64,000 bases of DNA from Paenibacillus pasadenensis. Lineage in GTDB: Bacteria; Bacillota; Bacilli; Paenibacillales; Paenibacillaceae. Positions 1-9,683 of this stretch are shown here, piece by piece. Below the pieces are notes generated by a model. It saw only the letters and a list, made by a program, of their open reading frames with translations, was not told the DNA's origin and did no database searches. The DNA is taken from NCBI RefSeq assembly GCF_023715725.1, contig NZ_JAMBOT010000005.1, positions 316,538 through 380,537 of the forward strand. The letters run 5' to 3'. Position numbers and translations under genes: made by a program. How positions within the stretch are numbered: the first letter of the stretch is position 1; each line of letters starts with the position of its first letter.

Positions 1-1
1 T

Positions 2-1147
2 TTCCGCGTTCTTCAAGGCCTCGGCGGCGGCATGGTGGCCCCGATCGGGATGGCCATGGTGTTCAAGCTTGCTCCTCCGGAGCGCCGCGGATCAATTATG
101 GGCATGTTAGGCATCCCTATGTTGATGGCTCCGGCGTTCGGACCGGTGTTATCCGGCTGGCTGGTTGACTCCGTCAGCTGGCATTGGATTTTTATCATCA
201 ATTTGCCGATTGGCATTATTGCCCTGATTCTCGGCTCCAAGTATTTGCCGAGCTCCGGGCGCCATGCCGCTCCGCATCTGGATGTCATCGGCATGTGCCT
301 TGCGCCGATTGCCTTCTCCATGCTGGCGTTCGGCGTCAGCGAAGGCGGCACCAGCTGGTCCTCAACTTCAACGATAACGGGTTTAACCGTCGGGGGCGTT
401 GCGCTCATCCTCTTTATTTTTGTGGAGCTGAGACAGAAGCAGCCGCTGCTGGAGCTAAAGGTATTTAAGTCCTCGGACTTTACGCGCAGTATTATCCTGA
501 CGTGGATTGTTCAGCTTGCGCTGTTTGGCGCTATGCTCATCGTGCCTCTGTACCTGCAAGGCGTCATGAAATATTCCGCGCTTGAAACGGGATGGATTCT
601 GATGCCGCAGGCGTTATGTGCAGGACTGGCGATGCCGTTCAGCGGGCGTTTATTCGATAAAATCGGCGCGCGTCCGCTCGCGTTTTGCGGCCTTACGGTC
701 ATATCCGTTTCCCTCTTTATGCTGTCCCGCATCACGGTGGATACTGCGCTGTGGGTCATCATCCTGTCTATCTGCATGATCGGCCTTGGCATGGGCTTCT
801 CCATGATGCCGCTTAACACGCATGTTTTGAACTCCGCGCCGCGCCATCTGGTGAGCCGCGTCACTCCGCTGACCACGGCCGCTCAGCAGGTCGTCGTTTC
901 CTTTGCAGTTGCGGGTCTGACGGGTTACCTGACATCGCATATCGCATCTCACGCCGCAAACGCGGGAGCGAATGCGAATCCGCTCAGCGCCACGGTTGCG
1001 GGTTACGGGGACACGTTTTTTCTGTCCGCCTGTATCGTGAGCGCGGGCGCTGCGTTAACGCTTATACTGCGTAAGCCGAAGCAGCAACCGGCAGACGAAA
1101 GCGCCAACGGTAACACTCCGGATCCGGCGATGATGGCGGGTCATTAA
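2..1147 (+). CDS. MFS transporter (DHA2/EmrB-like), 5' end outside window
   Basis: Reading frame is open to the window start. Multi-TM hydrophobic protein with MFS motifs (GxLaDrxGrR-like, many Gly/Pro in TM segments). Stop at 1145-1147. Confidence 0.8.
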   Translation, partial: FRVLQGLGGGMVAPIGMAMVFKLAPPERRGSIMGMLGIPMLMAPAFGPVLSGWLVDSVSWHWIFIINLPIGIIALILGSKYLPSSGRHAAPHLDVIGMCLAPIAFSMLAFGVSEGGTSWSSTSTITGLTVGGVALILFIFVELRQKQPLLELKVFKSSDFTRSIILTWIVQLALFGAMLIVPLYLQGVMKYSALETGWILMPQALCAGLAMPFSGRLFDKIGARPLAFCGLTVISVSLFMLSRITVDTALWVIILSICMIGLGMGFSMMPLNTHVLNSAPRHLVSRVTPLTTAAQQVVVSFAVAGLTGYLTSHIASHAANAGANANPLSATVAGYGDTFFLSACIVSAGAALTLILRKPKQQPADESANGNTPDPAMMAGH

Positions 1148-1174
1148 CCTGGAATCAGCTCTGAACCGCACCTA

Positions 1175-1215
1175 TGAAAAGAGCCTTGGCCGAATATCGG
1201 CCAAGGCTTTTTTAC
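1175..1215. terminator. Bidirectional rho-independent terminator between convergent genes
   Basis: Hairpin GCCTTGGCCGA-ATA-TCGGCCAAGGC, flanked by AAAA upstream and TTTTTT downstream. Confidence 0.75.
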
Positions 1216-1264
1216 ATGTCAGCTTGCACAAACTCATGCGGTGAGCAGAGGCAGCAAACTTAAT

Positions 1265-4045
1265 CTACCAAACCTTGTGCTGCATAATGCTGAACTGGTC
1301 CAGGTTCGGGCCGCTGAAACCTTTTGTCTGCAGGCGCAAAATATGCTGGCCTTTGGTCAATTGAACCGGCTGCACAACGGTTTTCCACGAGGTGTTCCAG
1401 CTGCCTGTCGGCTTGAAGGAAAGCGCAGTGTTGACGGCGACGTTATCGATGGCGACATACATCGGACGGTCCGTATTTCCGCCGTTGGCATAAGTGATGC
1501 CGAGATCGTACAGGCCGTCCTGCAGAACGGTAAACGTCCATTTGATATATCCCTCTGCGTTGTCGAAGTTCATGTAACCGGAGCCTTTCCAGCCCGAGCC
1601 CTTCCAAGCGTTGAAGCCGATGCTGAAACCGCCATCCTCGGCCTGGCCCGTCACTTCAAACAGCACAGTTACCATCAGCGATTTTGTTTCAGAGTAGCCG
1701 TTTTTGCTAATCGTAGCCGTCAAAGTGACGGTGCGGTTCATATCCGCTGGACGCGTTACCTTGCCCGTGGAGGAAATAATCTCAGGCGAATTCGAAGTCC
1801 AGCTGATTTTTGTTCCATGAGCTCCAGAAGTTTTCAGCGTCACGTCCTGCGTCACAACGGCGGTTTGGTTGCCCTCGGCAAAAATAACGTCGAGCGCCGC
1901 TTTGTCCAAAATGACGGCGTTGTCTTTCAGTACGGTGAGCGTAAATGATTTAGTCGCAGATGAGCTGCCCTTACTGATTTTAGCCGTCAAAGTAACCGTT
2001 TCATCCGGGGTAAGCGGAGTTGGCGGGCGGGTGACAATACCGGAATTAGATATGAAGCCCGGTTTATCGGAAGTCCATTGAATCGTTGTTCCATGAGCTC
2101 CGGAAGCAGGCAGGGTAATATTTTGCGTAACGCCGGATGCGCTGTCGGAGCCTTTGTAGCCAATACTCAAGGATTCCAGATCAAGCTCCACGGAACGGTC
2201 AACTGCAGTAACAACGAATTCTTTCATCGCCGTACGGTCTCCCTTGCGGATTGTGGCGGTCAGCTTTACGGAGATATTCCCGCTGTAGAGCTGAGTTACG
2301 ACGCCAGTTGAAGAGATTGCTTCCGGCTTGCTGGACGTCCAGCTGATGGAGGAGCCGTATTTGCCTGAGGCTGGAAGCGACAGATTTTGCGTGACGCGGG
2401 AGGCGTTGTCCATACCGGCATAACCGATCTGCAATGCTTCCTTGTCCAGATTAAGCGAATTGTCGATGACCGTCACCGTAAACGTTTTGGACACGGATCG
2501 GCCGTTTTTGCTAATGACGGCGGTTAGCGTAACGTTAGCGTCACCGCTAACCGGACGTGTTACTTTGCCGTCTGCGGCAATTAGGGCCTCGTTGTCCGAT
2601 TGCCAGCGAACCGAGGTTCCGTAAGGGCCGTTTGCCGAAAGAATGAGATTCTGGGTGACACTGGAGGCGCTGTCTCCTGATTGATAGCCGATCGCAACGA
2701 GCTGCTCCGCTGCGGCAAGCGAATTGTCGATGACGGTAACGGTAAACGTTTTGATGTCATGCCAATCGCCGTCGCTAAGATCGGCTTCCAGCGTAACTTT
2801 TGCATCTCCTTCTTTGGGACGGGTCACAATCCCGTTGTTCGAGATGACGTCCGGGCGGGACGATCTCCAGCTGATTAAAGTTCCGCTGTTTCCTTTTGCA
2901 GGCAAAGTAACATTTTGCGTGACGCTGGAAGCATTGTCCGAGCCTTGGTAGCCGATGGCTAGGTCGCGCGCATCCACATATAAAGCCGTATTGGCGAGCA
3001 CTACGTTAAACGTTTTGGTATAAGTCGACTTTCCATCGTTGACTGTGGCCGTCAGGGCTGCCGTATAGTCCGGGCTAACCTGCACCACAACGTCCTTGTT
3101 CAACGCTTCGCTATAAAGCAATACGTCAACGGGAGGCGCGGCTTTGCTGGAGCTGACCGGGATCAAGGTCACCTTCCCTTGAGGAGAAACCTCGTTCGGC
3201 TTATTGGATGTCCAGCTTATAGCGGAGCCGTACTTCCCTTTAGTTGGCAAAATGAGATCCTGAGTGACCATGCTGGAATTGTCGGAGCCTTGAAATCCGA
3301 TGCGCAGCTCATTCATGTCCGCAAGGGCGGAGCTCCCCGCCGTCACGTTCACCTCGAACGTTTTTACAGCTGCCGGAGTGGCCGAATCAAGCGCGTCCTG
3401 AACGGTCGCGGTTAGGAGCACCTTTGCGTCTCCTTTGCCCGCTCCCGGCTGCGTAATTTTGCCATTGGCGGAAATAATGCCGGGATTGCTGGAGGTCCAG
3501 CTAATCTTAGTCTGATAGGCGCCATTTGTCGGCAGCATTAAGTCATTTGCCACGCTTGCGGAGCTGTCGCCGTTTGCAAAGCCGAGCTGCAGGTTCTCTT
3601 TATCGGCTTTTACCCGGGTGAGCTTGTTGTTGACGGTGACATTGAATTGCCACAAGGAGAAGTAGCCGCCAGGGTTAATCGATGATAACGCTAAAGGATG
3701 TATGGTAACAACTTCCGAGTTTGCTGTAAGTGAGGGGGTGATTTTCCCATCTTCGGAAATGACATTTGGATTGCTTGAAGTCCAGCTGATCGTGGCTCCA
3801 TTAGGGCCTTTTCTAAACAGGGTTGATGCTTCCGTTAAGGAGTCTTGGCTATCCCCTGCGGCATAAGCAATAATGCCCCCGCGATTCCCTTCATTCCTGT
3901 CCTTTACGATATAATAGATATAGTCGAGAAATCCGAGGTCTTGGTTACTCTCATTTTCGGCTGCAGAAGCGGTTAAGCTGGGCGTAATGACGGAAAAGAG
4001 CAGTGTTGCGATCAGGATTAATTTTGCGGTTGCCGATTTCTTCAA
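1265..4045 (-). CDS. Secreted multi-domain protein: signal peptide, 8 Ig-like ~90-aa repeats, C-terminal CBM6/CBM35-like domain
   Basis: N-terminus MKKSATAKLILIATLLFSVITPSLTASA is a signal peptide. Eight repeats carry the motif LxLPxxGxxGxxISWxSSxPxxISxxGxVTRP. C-terminus (…GYIKWTFTV…GPNLDQFSI) resembles a CBM6/35 beta-sandwich. No SLH or LPXTG anchor. Confidence 0.75.
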   Translation of the reverse strand: MKKSATAKLILIATLLFSVITPSLTASAAENESNQDLGFLDYIYYIVKDRNEGNRGGIIAYAAGDSQDSLTEASTLFRKGPNGATISWTSSNPNVISEDGKITPSLTANSEVVTIHPLALSSINPGGYFSLWQFNVTVNNKLTRVKADKENLQLGFANGDSSASVANDLMLPTNGAYQTKISWTSSNPGIISANGKITQPGAGKGDAKVLLTATVQDALDSATPAAVKTFEVNVTAGSSALADMNELRIGFQGSDNSSMVTQDLILPTKGKYGSAISWTSNKPNEVSPQGKVTLIPVSSSKAAPPVDVLLYSEALNKDVVVQVSPDYTAALTATVNDGKSTYTKTFNVVLANTALYVDARDLAIGYQGSDNASSVTQNVTLPAKGNSGTLISWRSSRPDVISNNGIVTRPKEGDAKVTLEADLSDGDWHDIKTFTVTVIDNSLAAAEQLVAIGYQSGDSASSVTQNLILSANGPYGTSVRWQSDNEALIAADGKVTRPVSGDANVTLTAVISKNGRSVSKTFTVTVIDNSLNLDKEALQIGYAGMDNASRVTQNLSLPASGKYGSSISWTSSKPEAISSTGVVTQLYSGNISVKLTATIRKGDRTAMKEFVVTAVDRSVELDLESLSIGYKGSDSASGVTQNITLPASGAHGTTIQWTSDKPGFISNSGIVTRPPTPLTPDETVTLTAKISKGSSSATKSFTLTVLKDNAVILDKAALDVIFAEGNQTAVVTQDVTLKTSGAHGTKISWTSNSPEIISSTGKVTRPADMNRTVTLTATISKNGYSETKSLMVTVLFEVTGQAEDGGFSIGFNAWKGSGWKGSGYMNFDNAEGYIKWTFTVLQDGLYDLGITYANGGNTDRPMYVAIDNVAVNTALSFKPTGSWNTSWKTVVQPVQLTKGQHILRLQTKGFSGPNLDQFSIMQHKVW

Positions 4046-4315
4046 GTTAATTCCTCCACTATTAATTCAAGTTGCGCTCATTGATTAAGAAAAGGGCCGG
4101 ATACGGCACAAAAATGAAACCGGTTTCTAGCATTAGCCAAGCCGCTTTTCTCAAGGTTATGTAGCGGTAATAAATTTAAGAAAGTAACCTCCTTTATTAA
4201 AGAATAGTAAAATTTGGCTTTCAAAGTTCAGAAGTAAACTATATTCCTGATAGAGAAGTTGTTCAAGGGGGATAATTTAGGTTTGTTTTTTTAAGATTTC
4301 GTAAAGGGGAGGCAT

Positions 4316-4343
4316 AAAAAAGGGGCCCGCACGCGGCGGGCCC
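4316..4343 (-). terminator. Minus-strand-oriented GC-rich hairpin plus U-tract in the 5' leader of the 1265..4045 gene (possible attenuator or orphan terminator)
   Basis: On the + strand: AAAAAA then GGGCCCGC-ACGCG-GCGGGCCC. On the minus strand this reads as a hairpin followed by a U6 tract. It lies about 270 nt upstream of the minus-strand start at 4045. Confidence 0.45.
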
Positions 4344-4443
4344 AGAGAGAATCTATGAATAAGGGGGGTCTGGAATTAAGTATATATCGCTAAAATGAAG
4401 TCAAGCTGAATGGAAGATTACAAAATCATTACAATAAGTAAAA

Positions 4444-6258
4444 ATGATAAGGCGGTGTAAGGAAATGGGCAGAATGAGAAAGTGGAAGTGGAAGCCTTCA
4501 TCCATTAAGTACAAACTATTTTGGACATTATTATTGTTTGTATTTGTTCCCTTGTTCTTTCTGCAAATTCGAAATTATTCTCAAATTGAAACTATGATTA
4601 AAGATCGAATTAACCGGCAAACGACGCTGCAAATTCAACAAGTGAAAGAAAATTTTAATGACATTCGTTACACGATGCTTCGGACAGCATTGGAATTAGA
4701 AAGTGATTCCGCTATTTATGCCATGCTTACGCAAGCTGAACCATCTATCAAAGATAATGCCCAAGAGCTAGAAAATCTGTTGATTCGTGTAAATGCCAGA
4801 TCGCTGCCGAGCAGTGCTTTTATTTACTATAATTTGTTGGATATGCAGGGTAGAGTCTATAACTCGTATACGCCAACAAACAATATTCTAGCAAGCTCAA
4901 TTACTACAGATCAGGCATTTACCCGCATGCAGGAAGCAAATGCTTCTTTAATTTGGGTAGAAGAGGAAATGGGCGATATTGGAGTTTCCTCGGCCGGGGA
5001 TCGAAGACTTGTCCTGATGAGTGTTCTCCAGAAAGGCAAGGAGCCTCCATTCGGTTACTTGCGAATCAGCTTTGATTATGACAGCTGGCTTCGATCGATC
5101 ATCCGCAGCTTCCCTGTCCTGCAAAATTACTTCATCCTGGACGATAAAGGGCAGATCCTGACCCGGACCCGAGGCACCGCAGAACTTGATCAAGCTTGGG
5201 TAGACCAATTGCTGCTGTCTTCAAAAGGCAGCCAGGTTTATTATGATCGCAAAAACACGACATTAATGAATACACAATATTTATCAGATACGAACTGGTC
5301 CCTTGTGAGCCAGTTTCCATTGGAATCTTATATTGGCGACATCAATGGGATGAAGCGGCAATACTTCATTTCATTCGCTCTTCTTGTTGTGTTGTTTGTT
5401 TTGGTCACGTTTGTTATTTTATCTGGACTTACAAGGCCGTTAAGGCTGATTCAGCACAAAATGTATGCCATAGTGCGCAATCATTTTCGCGGGCGATTAA
5501 TCGAGGAGAAACTCGATGGAGAAGTTCTGGCAGTTGCTCAGAGCTTTAATCATATGATTGATGACATCCATCAGTTATTTGAAAAACTGCGGATGGAGGA
5601 GAAACAGAAGGAAGCGATGCATTTCCAGATGCTTCTGTCTCAAATGAATCCTCACTTTTTACTCAATACGCTCAATATGATCAAATGGCAAGCGATGCGC
5701 AGCGATAATAAAGATATTGCTGAGGTTTGTTTGAATTTAGGGAAATTGCTTGAGACAAGCTTAAACATGGAGCTTGATCTTATTTTTCTCAAAGATGAGC
5801 TGGAATTGGCTCGGGCATACGTCTACATTATGCAACGGAGATGGCAGTATCCTTTCACGGTACATTACGTAGTCGAAGAAGGGCTGAGTTATTCACTTGT
5901 ACCGAAATTAAGTCTGCAGCTGCTGCTGGAAAATGCAATTCATCATGGCTTTTCTAAGATTGATTACGATGGACAGATTTATATTCGGATTTCATCGGCT
6001 AATCAAGTATTAACGATGATCGTTGAAGATAACGGCGTTGGCGTGGAGCACGCAGCAAAACAGCAGACATTGCGCAAGCGCAATGGCATTGGTTTAACCA
6101 ATCTCAAAGAGAGGCTTCGCCTGCTTTTCAAAATGAATGCGTCTTTTTCTTTGGAGGCAATGGAGCAAGGGACGCTTGCGCGTGTAGAAATACCTTTGCT
6201 TATATCTAATCCATACAAAGAGGGAGGAATGGATGATGTGGAAAGTGATCCTTGTTGA
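4444..6258 (+). CDS. Sensor histidine kinase, YesM-like (two TM segments, periplasmic sensor, HAMP, His_kinase PF06580-type, HATPase_c)
   Basis: Motifs NPHFLLNTLN and a C-terminal GxGxG ATPase region. Two hydrophobic segments flank an extracellular domain of about 270 aa. The true start may be ATG 4466 or 4475, the latter preceded by AAGGA. Confidence 0.85.
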   Translation: MIRRCKEMGRMRKWKWKPSSIKYKLFWTLLLFVFVPLFFLQIRNYSQIETMIKDRINRQTTLQIQQVKENFNDIRYTMLRTALELESDSAIYAMLTQAEPSIKDNAQELENLLIRVNARSLPSSAFIYYNLLDMQGRVYNSYTPTNNILASSITTDQAFTRMQEANASLIWVEEEMGDIGVSSAGDRRLVLMSVLQKGKEPPFGYLRISFDYDSWLRSIIRSFPVLQNYFILDDKGQILTRTRGTAELDQAWVDQLLLSSKGSQVYYDRKNTTLMNTQYLSDTNWSLVSQFPLESYIGDINGMKRQYFISFALLVVLFVLVTFVILSGLTRPLRLIQHKMYAIVRNHFRGRLIEEKLDGEVLAVAQSFNHMIDDIHQLFEKLRMEEKQKEAMHFQMLLSQMNPHFLLNTLNMIKWQAMRSDNKDIAEVCLNLGKLLETSLNMELDLIFLKDELELARAYVYIMQRRWQYPFTVHYVVEEGLSYSLVPKLSLQLLLENAIHHGFSKIDYDGQIYIRISSANQVLTMIVEDNGVGVEHAAKQQTLRKRNGIGLTNLKERLRLLFKMNASFSLEAMEQGTLARVEIPLLISNPYKEGGMDDVESDPC

Positions 6259-7684
6259 GGATGAGCTGTTTGTACGTGATTCGATTAAGCAATTGGTACC
6301 TTGGGAGGAGCTTGGTTTTACACTAGCAGGTGAGGCTGGAGACGGAACTGCCGCTCTCGACATCATCATGCAGCAGAAGCCTGACCTTGTTATTTCGGAT
6401 ATTGTAATGCCCGAGATGGATGGTGTCATGTTGCTGAAAGCGGTGCGTGAGTTAGGCATGGAAACGAAGTTCATCATGTTAACCTGTATGAGTGATTTTG
6501 AATATGCCCGCACTGCATTGGAGCTGGGAGCGACAAGTTATATATTAAAATTATCCATGGATATAGATAAGTTAAAGGAATCGTTGAGGAAGGTTGCTTT
6601 AGAGTTAACGAAACATTCCAATCATGACCGTCAGAAATTGCTGGCAAAGCTGCCCCCTATGTATGAACAGATATGGTCCATGATAAGTGCTTCTGCAACC
6701 GGGAGAGGCCAAGTTACAGGACTTCATGAACTGGCGAAAAGCTTAGAAGCAGCAGGAATTGCGCCTTCTCGAATAGCTGTTGTTTTACAGTCTATCGAAC
6801 CTGACCAATGGAACGAAAACATTCACATTCATAGATCAGAAAGCTTGGGGATCACAACTCTAATCGATTGGTCCGGCGGAGATGGCGCTGCGTTTCAAAG
6901 GCTTCAAGATCAACCGACTTTTACTGCCTCTGCAGCTTCCTTGGAAAAACTGCCTCAAGTATGGAGGGAGTTATTAAATAGACTGTTGCCGGTCTGGTAC
7001 AACCTGGCACAAGCTGAGATCGAAGACATGGAGAAGCTCCAAGAGCCATGGCAAATCCCTTGGGAACAAGAACGCAAGCTCATTTCAGCCTGGGAATTGG
7101 GACTAATCGAGGAAATGAAGCATGGTTTACATGCGATATGGACTCATATGTCCGACCATCATATACCAGTCGTACAAGTTAAGCGGTATGCGATTCATCT
7201 TTTGGATCAATATAAGCGTACGCAAAATATACAAGGAGATTTGTCCAATAAACAAATCGTGGCCGAATCCAAGCAGCATGCTGAACTGCTGCAAGCACTT
7301 ATACTTACCTTAACGGAAGATATGGAGATAAGAAGAGAAAAAAGCGCGCCCGTTACCGATCATCCTGAAATCAATCGAATTGTGCGCTACGTACACGAGA
7401 ATTATGAAGCTAATATTGGATTAAAAACCGCTGCTGCTTACGTCAATATGGATGAAAACTATTTAAGCGGTTTATTCAAGAGAAAAACAAGCTACACGCT
7501 CATTCACTATTTGCAGAAGGTTCGAATTGAACAAGCGATGCGTTATTTAGAAAATACGGAATTAACGGTGAGCGACATAGCGGCCAGCGTTGGTTTCGGT
7601 CATGACCATTATTTTATCAAGGTATTCAAAAAGGTCAGCGGCCTGACGCCAAACGAATATCGAAAAGTTAAAAAAGGACAATAA
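6233..7684 (+). CDS. Response regulator with REC domain and C-terminal AraC-type HTH (YesN-like)
   Basis: N-terminus VILVEDE…DLVISDIVMPEMDG is a REC domain. The C-terminus is an AraC HTH. Overlaps the kinase stop by 26 nt, which fits a coupled two-component operon. Confidence 0.88.
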   Translation: MMWKVILVEDELFVRDSIKQLVPWEELGFTLAGEAGDGTAALDIIMQQKPDLVISDIVMPEMDGVMLLKAVRELGMETKFIMLTCMSDFEYARTALELGATSYILKLSMDIDKLKESLRKVALELTKHSNHDRQKLLAKLPPMYEQIWSMISASATGRGQVTGLHELAKSLEAAGIAPSRIAVVLQSIEPDQWNENIHIHRSESLGITTLIDWSGGDGAAFQRLQDQPTFTASAASLEKLPQVWRELLNRLLPVWYNLAQAEIEDMEKLQEPWQIPWEQERKLISAWELGLIEEMKHGLHAIWTHMSDHHIPVVQVKRYAIHLLDQYKRTQNIQGDLSNKQIVAESKQHAELLQALILTLTEDMEIRREKSAPVTDHPEINRIVRYVHENYEANIGLKTAAAYVNMDENYLSGLFKRKTSYTLIHYLQKVRIEQAMRYLENTELTVSDIAASVGFGHDHYFIKVFKKVSGLTPNEYRKVKKGQ

Positions 7685-7739
7685 ACACATGATCCCGAGG
7701 TTCCTTCTATACGAGGAATCTTTTTTTTATCGATTTTTA

Positions 7740-7776
7740 CTAATTTTATGCTACAAGATGCACAGTTTTGTGAATG
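7740..7776 (+). promoter_or_regulatory. Conserved 37-bp box, copy 1 (CTAATTTTATGCTACAAGATGCACAGTTTTGTGAATG); candidate promoter/operator for the locus
   Basis: 35/37 identical to the sequence at 13435..13471. Homology continues for about 80 bp through the RBS and start codon of the downstream gene. Contains ATGCnACA direct half-sites one helical turn apart. Confidence 0.6.
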
Positions 7777-7841
7777 CCCTTCCTTTCGTGAAAACGCTAC
7801 GATACATAAACAGAGAAAAGAGATGGGAAGGAAGTGCAGCT

Positions 7842-8771
7842 ATGGATTCTAAAACGATCAAAGGAACCGCTCTTTGGAATGATGTGTGGAAGATGAGAGC
7901 TTTGTATCTCATGCTTACCCCCGGATTACTGTGGTACATCATCTACAAATACGTGCCGATGATTGGCTTGGTCATTGCATTTAAGGACTATAACATCGTA
8001 GAAGGCGTTGCAGCTAGCCCATGGGCGGATCCTTGGCATAAGTATTTCACGCAATTTTTTCATTCGCCGTATTTCAGCCAGCTTCTTACGAATACGTTAC
8101 TCATTAGTTTTTATAAGCTGATTTTTGGCATTGCGCCTCCTATTGTGCTCGCCATTCTTATCCATGAATGCCGGTCGTTAGTGATGAAAAAATGGGTACA
8201 AACGCTCAGCTTTATGCCTCACTTTTTGTCGTGGGTTATTATTTACGGCATCGTGATTGCGTTTTTCTCCGAGACGTCGGGTGTTGTGAATCGGTTTATC
8301 GTGGAAAACGGCAGCAAGGCAATTCCATTTCTCACATCTACGGATTGGTTTCGAAGTGTACTCGTAGCTAGCGATGTTTGGCAAAACTTGGGGTGGGGGG
8401 CCATTATTTATCTCGCTGCGATCTCCAGTATAGATCCATCCCTTTATGAAGCTTGTCGGGTAGATGGCGGCGGCCGCTTCCGAATGATCTGGAATATTAC
8501 ATTACCTGGAATCCGAAGCGTAATTGTGCTGATGTTTATTCTGAAGGTCGGCCACATTCTGGATGCAGGCTTTGAGCAAATTTATATCATGTATAACATT
8601 CAGGTGTATGAAGTCGCCGACATCATTGATACCTGGGTGTATCGCACAGGCTTGCAGCAAATGAATTTCAGCCTTGCTTCGGCAGTTGGTTTGTTCAAAT
8701 CTCTTTTTGGTCTTGTGCTTGTGCTTGTCTCAAATAGTCTTGCCAAGAAATGGGGAGAATCCATATGGTAA
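7842..8771 (+). CDS. ABC transporter permease (LplB/YtcP-type polysaccharide ABC permease)
   Basis: Six TM segments with the binding-protein-dependent permease signature. ATG 7842 (MDSKTIKG) is homologous at the DNA level to the start of the 13536 gene. The upstream in-frame extension to 7689 covers the conserved promoter box and is unlikely to be coding. Confidence 0.8.
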   Translation: MDSKTIKGTALWNDVWKMRALYLMLTPGLLWYIIYKYVPMIGLVIAFKDYNIVEGVAASPWADPWHKYFTQFFHSPYFSQLLTNTLLISFYKLIFGIAPPIVLAILIHECRSLVMKKWVQTLSFMPHFLSWVIIYGIVIAFFSETSGVVNRFIVENGSKAIPFLTSTDWFRSVLVASDVWQNLGWGAIIYLAAISSIDPSLYEACRVDGGGRFRMIWNITLPGIRSVIVLMFILKVGHILDAGFEQIYIMYNIQVYEVADIIDTWVYRTGLQQMNFSLASAVGLFKSLFGLVLVLVSNSLAKKWGESIW

Positions 8772-9625
8772 GAGGCTTGAGCGATCGTATTTTTGATATT
8801 TTTTTATATGCGATTCTAACTGCGGTTGCGCTTTTATCCGTCATTCCTATGGTTTATGTCGTATCGATTTCGTTAACTCCCTACACAGAAGTGCTGAAGA
8901 ATGGGGGGTTCATCTTATTCCCAAAATCAATTACATTCGAGGCGTACCGCCAGCTGTTTTCAAACAATCAAATTCCAAGAGCTCTCTTTGTAACGATCTT
9001 CATTACTGTAGTTGGAACAGCGATTAATATCATTCTGACCGTATTAATGGCGTACCCTCTCAGCCGGAAAAAACTGCGTGGACGCTCCATTTTTCTAATG
9101 GTGATCGTTTTTACAATGTTGTTTAGCGGCGGGTTAATCCCCACATATCTAGTAGTGAAAGCGACGGGTATGACCAACACGTTATGGGCGATGATCGTTC
9201 CTTCCGCTATATGGACCTTTAATGTGTTGATTTTGAAAAGCTTTTATGAGAGTTTGCCAGAGGATTTGTTCGAATCGGCACGGATTGACGGGGCAGGTGA
9301 ATGGCGTGTGTTGGCGGGAATAGTTTTGCCGCTATCCGTTCCTGCGATGTTAACCGTCGGTTTGTTCTATACCGTAGGACATTGGAACGATTTCTTTCAG
9401 GCTATTTTATACATTACGAATACGGACCTGCATCCGCTACAAGTGCTGGTTCGCAATTTATTGCTGGAAAGCCAGAATATGAACAACCAAAGCGATGTTA
9501 TATTGCCGACTGTAACGCTCCAAATGGCTGCTGTTGTTAGCGCTAGTTTACCCATTCTTGCTGTGTATCCTTTTATTCAAAAACATTTTACAAAAGGTGT
9601 TCTTGTAGGAGCAATTAAGGGTTGA
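8765..9625 (+). CDS. ABC transporter permease (LplC-type)
   Basis: EAA-like motif (…SARIDGAGEWRV…) and six TM segments. RBS GGGGAGA lies 6 nt before ATG 8765. Overlaps the previous stop. Confidence 0.85.
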   Translation: MVRGLSDRIFDIFLYAILTAVALLSVIPMVYVVSISLTPYTEVLKNGGFILFPKSITFEAYRQLFSNNQIPRALFVTIFITVVGTAINIILTVLMAYPLSRKKLRGRSIFLMVIVFTMLFSGGLIPTYLVVKATGMTNTLWAMIVPSAIWTFNVLILKSFYESLPEDLFESARIDGAGEWRVLAGIVLPLSVPAMLTVGLFYTVGHWNDFFQAILYITNTDLHPLQVLVRNLLLESQNMNNQSDVILPTVTLQMAAVVSASLPILAVYPFIQKHFTKGVLVGAIKG

Positions 9626-9683
9626 TTGATCATCGGGTATCCGATTTTCAATAGATAATGAACACGAAAAGAGGGGACAAGTT

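Noticed and set aside
7689-7841. N-terminal extension of the permease ORF reported in the six-frame track
   Set aside because: It covers the conserved promoter/operator box that is duplicated upstream of an unrelated gene, and it has no RBS. ATG 7842 is homologous to the start of the 13536 gene.
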